From Candidatus Rifleibacteriota bacterium (lineage in GTDB: Bacteria > Muiribacteriota > Ozemobacteria > Ozemobacterales > Ozemobacteraceae), in the NCBI GenBank assembly GCA_051747585.1, contig JBNJGH010000013.1:1-47494 (forward strand): a stretch of DNA of 47,494 nucleotides. The letters run 5' to 3'. The position numbers were made by a program, and so were the translations under genes. Positions 9,159-17,249 of the stretch are shown in pieces (positions within the stretch are counted from its first letter, which is position 1; each line of letters starts with the position of its first letter). The notes below the pieces were generated by a model. That model did no database searches, was not told the origin of the DNA, and saw only the letters and a list, made by a program, of their open reading frames with translations.

Positions 9159-10232
9159 TTAATCAAAAAGCTTTAATTGCCGGTTATCAGTTTCTATATG
9201 TTCCGGAGGTTTTAAACCAAGGTATTGCCAGGCTGATCTTGTTGCAACCCTGCCGCGGCTGGTACGAGTCAAAAATCCGATTTGAATTAGAAAACTTTCA
9301 TATACATCATAGATAGTGTCGGCTTCTTCGCCTACAGAAACCGATAAAGTATCGAGGCTTACCGGGCCACCGCCAAAACGTTTAAGTAAAACCTCGAGTA
9401 TTTTTCGGTCAATGTAGTCAAGCCCGTTGCGGTCAACCTGAAGCATGTTCATTCCCGATTCGACCGTGTTGATATTCACGCTGGGTTGCCGGTTTACCTG
9501 GGCAACATCTCTCATTCTTTTAAAAAGCCTGATTGCCACCCTTGGGGTTCCGCGTGCCCTCTTTGCAACTTCAATTGCAGCCCGATCTTCTACGGGGTAG
9601 TCCAGGCGTTTGGCTACAGACTTGATTAGTGTAGACAGCTCTTGGATTGAGTAATAATCTATTCTTGAAACAACACCGAACCTGGTTCGAAGCGGGGCAG
9701 CAACATCGCCTTCCCTCGTTGTTGCGCCAATAAGGGTGAAGGGCGCAACTTTCATTCTAATACTGCGGGCGGTTGGCCCTTTGCCGATTAAAACATCGAA
9801 ATGGTAGTCTTCCATGGCTGGGTAAAGAATTTCTTCGACATTTTTACTTAAACGATGAATTTCATCGATAAAAAGAACATCGCCTTTTCGCAGATTGGTC
9901 AGTAATGCCGCCACATCGCCTGCTCTGTTCAGAACCGGGCCTGAAGTAATCTTTATCTGGACTCCAAGTTCGCTGGCAATTACATTCGCCAGAGTTGTTT
10001 TGCCAAGACCTGGTGGCCCAAGCAGCAGCGTGTGATCCAATGGCTCGTTTCTTTCAAGAGTTGCAGCAATGAATACCTTTAACTTTTCGACTATGTTTTT
10101 CTGGCCCACAAATTCATTAAATTTGCAGGGGCGTAAACTGGGGGTAATGATTTCTTCATCGCCGGGAAGAGGGGTTCTTGAAAGTATGCTTTCTTCCTGA
10201 TCGTTGTCTATATCTGAAAAATTGTTATTCAT
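9159..10232 (-). CDS. ruvB: Holliday junction branch migration helicase RuvB
   Basis: SLRP..FVGQ, GPPGLGKTT, FIDEIHRL, GATTR, RGTPR. Confidence 0.97.
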   Translation of the reverse strand: MNNNFSDIDNDQEESILSRTPLPGDEEIITPSLRPCKFNEFVGQKNIVEKLKVFIAATLERNEPLDHTLLLGPPGLGKTTLANVIASELGVQIKITSGPVLNRAGDVAALLTNLRKGDVLFIDEIHRLSKNVEEILYPAMEDYHFDVLIGKGPTARSIRMKVAPFTLIGATTREGDVAAPLRTRFGVVSRIDYYSIQELSTLIKSVAKRLDYPVEDRAAIEVAKRARGTPRVAIRLFKRMRDVAQVNRQPSVNINTVESGMNMLQVDRNGLDYIDRKILEVLLKRFGGGPVSLDTLSVSVGEEADTIYDVYESFLIQIGFLTRTSRGRVATRSAWQYLGLKPPEHIETDNRQLKLFD

Positions 10233-10240
10233 AATAAATC

Positions 10241-10849
10241 TTAACTTGAAAAAGACTTGAGAACTGCTTCAATAATGTCTTCTATGTCGGCATCGTCGCC
10301 TATTTGTTTGCTTACTTTTTTAAGGCTCTGATTAATTTCTTTGCCGGTATAGCCAAGGTTCTCAAGAGCTTCTCTTACATCTGATTCAAAAGGAAGTGCC
10401 GGAGGCTTTTCTCTGGGTTCGTTTTCCAGGTCACCGCTAAGTCCAAGTTTAGAAACAGGTTCTTTTAACTCTACTATCAGCCTCGATGCAAGTTTTGGCC
10501 CAATGCCTTTGAGAGAATTAAGTCCCGATTTGTTTTCTTGAAGAATCATCGACGAAAGGGACTCGGGGGTAGTGGACGACATTATGTTGATTGCCAGTTT
10601 GGGGCCTACTTTGTTTACTTTGGTTAATATTCTGAAAAATTTTCTTTCGTCTTCAGAAGCAAAGCCAAAAAGCTGGGGGCCATCATCCCGCCATTGTAAA
10701 TGACATAGAATTTTCGTTTCATTACCGGCAGCAGGAAGCTTACGACTGGTTGAAAAAGGAACCTGAACATCGAAAGCTATTCCTGACACTTCAACTACCA
10801 CTCGGTGGGGAAGTTTATTGATTAGTTTGCCGGCAAGATATTCAATCAT
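10241..10849 (-). CDS. ruvA: Holliday junction DNA-binding protein RuvA
   Basis: Start revised to MIEYLAGKL (10849); LFGF, KVNKVGPKLA and LKGIGPKLASRLIVELK HhH motifs; ALENLGY. Confidence 0.93.
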   Translation of the reverse strand: MIEYLAGKLINKLPHRVVVEVSGIAFDVQVPFSTSRKLPAAGNETKILCHLQWRDDGPQLFGFASEDERKFFRILTKVNKVGPKLAINIMSSTTPESLSSMILQENKSGLNSLKGIGPKLASRLIVELKEPVSKLGLSGDLENEPREKPPALPFESDVREALENLGYTGKEINQSLKKVSKQIGDDADIEDIIEAVLKSFSS

Positions 10850-10865
10850 TGATTCTTTGGGAAGA

Positions 10866-11627
10866 TTATTCTCCCATCGCTGCTTCCATTTCTTCGTCCG
10901 ATATTTCGTAATTGGAATAAACATCCTGAACATCATCGTGATCTTCGAGGTTGTCTATGAGATTGAGAAGCTTTTTAACATCACCACCGGTAACCTTTAC
11001 GGTTGTTTTGGGCAGGTTGGTAACTTTTGCTTCTTCAACCTTTATTCCTTTGTCTTCCAGGGCCTGGCGAACATCGCTGAAAGATGTAGGGTCGCAAAGA
11101 ACTTCAAACCCGTCATCGAGGGGTTTCAGGTCTTCTGCGCCGGCTTCAAGAGCAGTGTCCATCAGACTTTCTTCGGTAACTTCGGGGTTTCCCTCTTTGG
11201 GAACAAACATATAGCCGGTTGTTTCGAACATAAAAGAAACGCAGCCCGGAACACCCATGTTTCCGCCGCCTTTGCTTAGAATCTTGTTGATTTCTGATAC
11301 GGTGCGGTTGGTGTTATCGGTTAAGCATCTAACCATAAGCGCTACTCCACCCGGAGCATACCCTTCGTAACAGACGTCTTCATAGTTTACGCCTTCAAGT
11401 TCGCCTGTGCCTTTTTTTATGCCTCTTTCTATGTTGTCTTTAGGCATGTTTACATCTTTTGCTGCCTGAAGTGCCGTTCTGAGTCTTGGATTTGCATCGG
11501 GGTCGCCGCCGCCTTCTCTGGCTGCAATAGTAATCTCTTTAATTACCTTGGTAAACTGACGACCTTTGATTTTGTCCATTTTGGCCTTAACGTGTTTTAC
11601 TTTGGCCCACTTGTTATGCCCTGACAT
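10866..11627 (-). CDS. yebC: YebC/PmpR family protein
   Basis: MSGHNKWAK, GGGDPDANPRLR, YEGYAPGG, LEDHDDVQDVYSN; AGGAGG RBS. Confidence 0.96.
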   Translation of the reverse strand: MSGHNKWAKVKHVKAKMDKIKGRQFTKVIKEITIAAREGGGDPDANPRLRTALQAAKDVNMPKDNIERGIKKGTGELEGVNYEDVCYEGYAPGGVALMVRCLTDNTNRTVSEINKILSKGGGNMGVPGCVSFMFETTGYMFVPKEGNPEVTEESLMDTALEAGAEDLKPLDDGFEVLCDPTSFSDVRQALEDKGIKVEEAKVTNLPKTTVKVTGGDVKKLLNLIDNLEDHDDVQDVYSNYEISDEEMEAAMGE

Positions 11628-11724
11628 AATGCCTCCTGATTTGGAAAGTGGTCATGAAAGTATAGCACGACTTAGGCTCTATACCAAGCAGGATTTCGCT
11701 GATTGCAAATTTTTAATGTATTTT

Positions 11725-12058
11725 TAGCAATTCCTGGTTGTCGACTATCAACCAGCTTCTGAAAAGAATTTGTTTCACACTAAGCCTCAAAGCCACTAAG
11801 AAAGTAATCACAGAGCTCTCAGAGAATCACAGAAAATCTTTTTCAGCCATTGTTCCCTTGGTCAGCAAGCCTTCAGAAAAGCACAAGTGTTTTTCTGAAG
11901 GCTTGCTGACCAAGGGAAAGCCAGGCGGGGAGACCGCCGGCTGATTGTCCATCGGACAATCCAAGGCTGAAAAAGATTAAAAAATCATCTCGGTGCACTC
12001 TGTGCTCTCCGTGGTGAAAATTTGATATTTGACTGGAAGAAATAAAACCAGAACTTTT
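11725..12058. repeat. ~330 bp structured dispersed repeat, copy 1 (family A)
   Basis: Shares both ends (tagcaattc...cacacYaagYctcaaagccac...cacagag; agccRggcgg..ccgccggct..ttgtcc..ggacaa..gaaaaagattaaaaaatca...aagaaataaaaccagaa) with 13863-14188. Confidence 0.85.
11853..11918. repeat. Perfect 28-bp inverted repeat with 10-nt spacer
   Basis: ttcccttggtcagcaagccttcagaaaa / ttttctgaaggcttgctgaccaagggaa. Confidence 0.95.
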
Positions 12059-12078
12059 GAAAACCAGCTAATAGAGGT

Positions 12079-12125
12079 TTGCTGAGAATTGCTGAGAATT
12101 GCTGAGAATTGCTGAGAATTGCTGA
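12079..12125. repeat. 10-bp tandem repeat (GCTGAGAATT) x ~4.5
   Basis: Read directly from the sequence. Confidence 0.95.
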
Positions 12126-12144
12126 TGTAATTTCGCTTAAAGAA

Positions 12145-13083
12145 TTAGGCGCCGCCGGCAAGGTCCGGGTCCTGGGCTTGAACATTGGTGAAACACAGCT
12201 CGTCTACGAGATTAAGAACTTCAAAATATTCTTTGCTGCTCAATGGTCTGTTTATTTCAGGAAAATCGGATGCTTTAAAGGTAGGAAAATATTGGCACAT
12301 GATGCTTAAACAAACGCCTTTTCCGAGATTGTTTTTAAGCCATAGCAACGATCTTTCGGTATCTGCAATTCTATCAGGAAGAACCAGGTGTCTTATTGCA
12401 AGGCCTTTTTCAGCCAGTCCGGATTTGTCGATTTGCAAATTACCCACTTGTTTGTGCATTAAAAGAAGAGTTTTGCGATTTTTTTCCACATAATCCGGGC
12501 ATTTGCTGTATTTCTTTGCTTGAATGTTGTCTGCATATTTTATGTCAGGTAGATAAATATCGATAATTCCATCTAAAAGTTTCAGCACTTTTTCAGATTC
12601 ATAGCCGGAACAATTATACACCAGCGGAAGAGAGCGAGATTCAACTGACGAGTTTAACCAGGCTTCAAGCAGAAGATGAATGTAATGGGTGGGGGTTACA
12701 AAATTGAAGTTATGTATTCTTTTGGAGGAAAGCTGATCAAGTTTTTCGGCAAGTTCAGCCGGTTCCATAGTCAGTCCGTTTCCCAGCTGGCTGAAGGGAA
12801 AGTTCTGGCAAAAACAGCAAGCTAAAGTGCAGTGCGATGCAAAAATAGTGCCCGAACCATATTGCCCCGATATAAAAGGTTCTTCGCCCTTGTGTGAAGA
12901 CCAGGCAGCTATTTTCAGCTTGCTATCTGCTTTGCAAAAACCTGTCTCCCCGCTGCTGCGCTTTGCCATGCATTCTCTGGGACAGAGTCGACATGGGTCG
13001 GAGAGTTTTTTCAGCTTCTGGAGATTATTTTTTACCAGTTCGGTTTTTCTGGCAATTGCATCGTTGGCGAGGTTTTTTTGCAT
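12145..13083 (-). CDS. Radical SAM protein, PflX-like
   Basis: CRLCPREC N-terminal cluster, HKGEEPFISG..GSGTIF, CTLACCFCQN (CxxxCxxC), NFVTPTH, DIYLPDIKY, IRHLVLP, MCQYFP. Confidence 0.88.
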   Translation of the reverse strand: MQKNLANDAIARKTELVKNNLQKLKKLSDPCRLCPRECMAKRSSGETGFCKADSKLKIAAWSSHKGEEPFISGQYGSGTIFASHCTLACCFCQNFPFSQLGNGLTMEPAELAEKLDQLSSKRIHNFNFVTPTHYIHLLLEAWLNSSVESRSLPLVYNCSGYESEKVLKLLDGIIDIYLPDIKYADNIQAKKYSKCPDYVEKNRKTLLLMHKQVGNLQIDKSGLAEKGLAIRHLVLPDRIADTERSLLWLKNNLGKGVCLSIMCQYFPTFKASDFPEINRPLSSKEYFEVLNLVDELCFTNVQAQDPDLAGGA

Positions 13084-13114
13084 TTAAATACCGGAAAATT
13101 ATCTTTGATTATGG

Positions 13115-13810
13115 TTAACCGGTTACTATGGCTACACCGAGTTCTTCTGCTGTTTCTTTTGCCAGGTCTGTGATAACCGCCTTAGCGGACACTTTCAGTG
13201 GGCCAAGAGACTCGGCAGCAACAAGAATATCGTCGCGGGTAATAAATTCGCGGCTGTTCTTATCATGTAAAAGACTGTTGTTGTTACTGGTTTTATTTCT
13301 GAGTATTTTTGCTGTAACTTGCTCCAGGTTGTCAAAATTGAAACCGGCAATTGTGCCGGAGGTAATTGTTTCCCAATGTTGGCGGTAAACCCTTATTAAA
13401 TGTGGGTTCATGCTGCTGTCGGCTTCGGGTAAAAACTGATCGTTGAGTAAAACGGGTTTGCCCAGTTGGGCTGCTTTTTGCAAGATTTTACATGGATACG
13501 AGTCTTGAAGACCGAGAGCAAATTTGGCAAGAGTGTTTAAACTAAGTGGGTAAACAATAAATATGTCGAAAGTGTTTAACTTTAAAAGAAAACTTTCGCC
13601 ATTTGCTTCGACATGAGTTTTGTATTCAAAATTCAACAATCTTGCCCAGCCCTTTAGCTCGGCCGATTTTGACAATGCAATCTCGGGGCGGTCAAAAAAG
13701 CGGGGAAAATGAGAAGCCTCTACCGGAAAATAAGTTTCAGATTCCGGGCAGCAATATATTATTAACGGCTTGAGTTTTAAATTTGTTGAATCTTTGTCTG
13801 TGGCCATCAC
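13115..13810 (-). CDS. Flavoprotein-family (HFCD-like) protein
   Basis: PLSLNTLAKFALGLQDS...GKPVL motif; C-terminal FITRDDI...KAVITDLAKETAEELGVAI. Confidence 0.65.
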   Translation of the reverse strand: MMATDKDSTNLKLKPLIIYCCPESETYFPVEASHFPRFFDRPEIALSKSAELKGWARLLNFEYKTHVEANGESFLLKLNTFDIFIVYPLSLNTLAKFALGLQDSYPCKILQKAAQLGKPVLLNDQFLPEADSSMNPHLIRVYRQHWETITSGTIAGFNFDNLEQVTAKILRNKTSNNNSLLHDKNSREFITRDDILVAAESLGPLKVSAKAVITDLAKETAEELGVAIVTG

Positions 13811-13862
13811 GTTGATAAAATAACCTCTAATCTAGTTTAAAGTCAATTCTTTTGAACTTATC

Positions 13863-14188
13863 TAGCAATTCTCGGTCAGAGACCATCAGTTGGTTTCAGA
13901 AAAGAAAATTCCTCACACCAAGTCTCAAAGCCACAAAGGAAATAACCACAGAGGAAGGCAGGAAATCTCGCAAAGATCGCAAAGGGCGCAGAGAAAAATT
14001 AGAAAAAGATTAAAGCAAGCCAAAGAAAATAATAAAGATAGAAGAAAAAGCCGGGCGGTGAAACCGCCGGCTATTTGTCCACAGGACAAATCCTGGCCGA
14101 AAAAGATTAAAAAATCAACTCTGTGCCCTCGTGGCCTCAGTGGTTTAAATTCTATATTTGACAGAAAGAAATAAAACCAGAATTTTTT
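13863..14188. repeat. ~330 bp structured dispersed repeat, copy 2 (family A)
   Basis: Direct-orientation homolog of 11725-12058 with a different, purine-rich central segment. Confidence 0.85.
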
Positions 14189-14264
14189 CTAAAAGTTGAA
14201 GGAAATTCTCGACTGCCTGTGTTATATTTAGGCTTGTAAAAGCTATTTATTAGAAGGAATTGAA

Positions 14265-15146
14265 ATGAAATCAGAATTTTTAAAAGGTTCATGGGTTGCT
14301 CTTGTAACACCATTTAAAGATGATTTAAGTATAGATTTTGCGGCGGTTGAAAAGTTAGTAAAGCTTCATCTCGAAGCTGGTACCGATGGCATATTGGTTT
14401 GTGGAACAACCGGAGAAGCCGCTACCTTGTCTCTTCGTGAAAAAACCGATTTAATGCATGAGATCAAGAAGCTTGTCGGTGACAAGGTCCCGCTGATGTT
14501 CGGCACCGGATCAAATGATACCCAACAAACAATTGATCTTACCGCAAAAGCCGAGTCTTTTGGCGCTGACGCTGCCCTTGTTGTGACGCCTTATTACAAT
14601 AAACCGCCGCAGGCAGGTTTGAAAGCTCATTTTAAGAAAGTGGCACAGGCTACTGAACTTCCTGTGGTTTTATACAATGTTCCGGGCAGAACCGGTTGTA
14701 ATCTTTTGCCTGAAACCGTCCTCGAATTAACTACTGTCGAAAACATAGTCGGAATAAAAGAAGCTTCAGGCAAGCTGGATCAGGTAATGGAGATAGTTCG
14801 CCGAGCTCCTTCCAATTTTATTTTATATTCCGGCGAAGATTGCTTGAATCTGCCAATTATGGCCTGTGGAGCATCTGGAACCATATCAGTTTCAGCCAAT
14901 GCTGCCCCTAAAATGATGAAAAAGTTTAATGACTTTGCCAATGATGGCAATCTTGAGGCTGCAAGAGAAATTCATTTTCGCCTGCTTGATCTTCATAAAA
15001 ATTTATTTTGTGAAACCAATCCGCTCCCGGTTAAATCGGCCCTTAAACAAATGGGGCTTATAAGCGATAATGTGCGGCTTCCATTGTATAAACCTTCTGG
15101 TAAAACTGCTGAATTAATAAATAAAACAATAGTTGGTCTGGAGTAA
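14265..15146 (+). CDS. dapA: 4-hydroxy-tetrahydrodipicolinate synthase
   Basis: GTTGE, VTPYYNKP, LYNVPGRTG, GIKEASG, ETNPLPVK. Confidence 0.95.
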   Translation: MKSEFLKGSWVALVTPFKDDLSIDFAAVEKLVKLHLEAGTDGILVCGTTGEAATLSLREKTDLMHEIKKLVGDKVPLMFGTGSNDTQQTIDLTAKAESFGADAALVVTPYYNKPPQAGLKAHFKKVAQATELPVVLYNVPGRTGCNLLPETVLELTTVENIVGIKEASGKLDQVMEIVRRAPSNFILYSGEDCLNLPIMACGASGTISVSANAAPKMMKKFNDFANDGNLEAAREIHFRLLDLHKNLFCETNPLPVKSALKQMGLISDNVRLPLYKPSGKTAELINKTIVGLE

Positions 15147-15149
15147 AAA

Positions 15150-15959
15150 TTGCAATCGTTCTTTGATCTTGTCTTATCCATATTGAGAGATATAACTCTT
15201 ATTGATATTCTGGATATTGTCATGGTCAGTTATGGCATATACAGGGCTTTGCTTTTTATTGAAGGGACAAGAGCTTTTAACCTTCTAAAAGGCCTTGGAA
15301 TAATTCTTATTTTTTTGATTATTACCAAGGACATGGATTTCAATACCGTAAGCTGGATTTTGGCAAATGCCCTGCCCACAGGTTTTCTTGCGCTGGTCGT
15401 GATTTTTCAACCCGAATTAAGAAGAGTTCTTGAAGATATTGGCCGTGGTGGTTTTCTTTTTGAACAATTCTCTGCAGATGAATCCATATCCGATATGGTT
15501 GAAGAGGTTTGTAAGACAATTGAAAATTGTTCAAAAAAAAGGATCGGAGCAATTATTGTTTTTGAACAAAAAATTGGTCTGAAAGACTTTATTAACAAGA
15601 GTGTAATTTTACATAGCCGTATAACTTCCGAACTTTTAAATACAATTTTTATGCCTTTTACTCCTTTGCACGATGGTGCCGTGATTATCAGAGGCCCTTA
15701 TGTAGAGGCGGCGAGCTGCTTTTTGCCAATGACTACTAATTACAACGAAATTGCCAAAGACCTTGGCTCCAGACATAGAGCCGCCATAGGTATAACCGAG
15801 ATTACGGATGCTCTGGTGCTGGTGGTCAGTGAAGAAACCGGACAAATTGCAAAAGCGAGCAATGGAAAGCTTACTCGGGATCTATCTATGGATAAAGTTA
15901 AGAAACTTGTTACCGGATCTTTCAATAGAGTCAGGCGTAGAAACAGGGTGCTAAATTAA
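15150..15959 (+). CDS. cdaA: Diadenylate cyclase CdaA/DacA
   Basis: Three N-terminal TM helices, IFQPELRR, catalytic LHDGA and GSRHRAA motifs, VSEETG; TTG start. Confidence 0.95.
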   Translation: MQSFFDLVLSILRDITLIDILDIVMVSYGIYRALLFIEGTRAFNLLKGLGIILIFLIITKDMDFNTVSWILANALPTGFLALVVIFQPELRRVLEDIGRGGFLFEQFSADESISDMVEEVCKTIENCSKKRIGAIIVFEQKIGLKDFINKSVILHSRITSELLNTIFMPFTPLHDGAVIIRGPYVEAASCFLPMTTNYNEIAKDLGSRHRAAIGITEITDALVLVVSEETGQIAKASNGKLTRDLSMDKVKKLVTGSFNRVRRRNRVLN

Positions 15960-17249
15960 ATGAGTAACAGATCTGCCATAAAACTTATATCTGTGCTATT
16001 GGGTATTTTTGCCTGGACCTACGTTAATATTATTGTTCCGTCTCAGGTGAGGCGAACTATCAGCACTAAAATTGAATACCGTAATATGCCTGAGTTAATG
16101 AAAGTAACTCCTGAAGAACCAAGAGTAGAAGTAGAGCTTGAAGGAAATCGCCGCGATTTTATTCTTTCAGGGCCTGAAAAATTGCAGGCATCTGTAGATT
16201 TATATAATTTAAGACCAGGCAAGGCCATCTTGCCGGTGAAGGTTACCTCTGCAACCGGCTTGTCGGTCAAGTCAATAAATCCTCCCCAGATTAGAGTAGA
16301 GGCTAGGGCTCTTACCCGAAAAGAATTCCCGGTCGAAGTTAAGCTTTTAGGCCAGCCGGCAGATGGCTATATGGCGGATAAACCCAGGATTACCCCGGAA
16401 AAAGTTGTTCTGGAGGGCGCGAAATCTGTAATAAGAAGAGTTGAAGCATGTCAGATTGAAGTTTCGCTGGTTCAACTAAGAAACTCCATAAGCGATAGCT
16501 TCCCGGTTAAAGTTATTGTTGATGCCGGGGGAGAAAATAGCGATATAAAGGTTATTCCCGAGGAAGTAAATGTTGACGTTACCGTTAAGCGAGGTTATCC
16601 GGAAAAAGAAGTTCCAATTTCGAAGCCTGCTTTTCTTAATAAGCTGCCCGAAGGAAAAAAACTTTCAGGCTTTAAAATTATTCCAAAAACAATAAAAATT
16701 ACAGGACCTGTAAGATTGCTCGAGCAGATTAAAGAATTGAGTTTTTCCCCGGTCGATTTGTCTGAAATACATGAATCTGCTTCTTTAACTCAAAATCTCG
16801 AGCTTCCGTTTGACAGGGTAGAGCTTGTGGGTTCTTCGGCTTGTATCCTTAACTTGCAATTAACTGATGTTAAAGTAACCCGTGTTTTAAAGGGGCTTTC
16901 ATTCAATCTCGTAAAAACGGAAAATCAACATACCGGCGTTTCTGTATCTTCTTATTCTATGAAGGTGAAAGGCTACTTGAAAGAGTTGAAAAAAATTAAA
17001 GCAGCCGATCTTAAAATTGTTCTGAATATTTCTGAAATGAAACCGGGGGTTTATGATGTTCCACTTTCGGTTCCTGCAGGTTTGCCTGCTGGAGTAGAAG
17101 TAGTTGATATAAACCCTGATGAAGTCGAGATCGAAATTTCTCTATTAGAAAAACATGAAGATGAGATTAAAGAAGCAAATCAAAATTCCCAACCGGAAGA
17201 CGCAGATAAGGATTCTTCTAATTCTCTACCAGACGGGAGGGAGCAATAA
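15960..17249 (+). CDS. cdaR: CdaR (YbbR-repeat) regulator
   Basis: Single N-terminal TM followed by repeated beta-rich YbbR-like units (P..V.V.G); directly follows cdaA. Confidence 0.85.
   Translation: MSNRSAIKLISVLLGIFAWTYVNIIVPSQVRRTISTKIEYRNMPELMKVTPEEPRVEVELEGNRRDFILSGPEKLQASVDLYNLRPGKAILPVKVTSATGLSVKSINPPQIRVEARALTRKEFPVEVKLLGQPADGYMADKPRITPEKVVLEGAKSVIRRVEACQIEVSLVQLRNSISDSFPVKVIVDAGGENSDIKVIPEEVNVDVTVKRGYPEKEVPISKPAFLNKLPEGKKLSGFKIIPKTIKITGPVRLLEQIKELSFSPVDLSEIHESASLTQNLELPFDRVELVGSSACILNLQLTDVKVTRVLKGLSFNLVKTENQHTGVSVSSYSMKVKGYLKELKKIKAADLKIVLNISEMKPGVYDVPLSVPAGLPAGVEVVDINPDEVEIEISLLEKHEDEIKEANQNSQPEDADKDSSNSLPDGREQ

Noticed and set aside
12079..12125. Possible CRISPR array
   Set aside because: 10-bp units with no spacers and no cas genes.
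11738..14174. ORFs 11738-11944, 11985-12185 and 13890-14174 within repeat family A
   Set aside because: They translate repeat DNA, have no RBS or motif, and the frames differ between copies.
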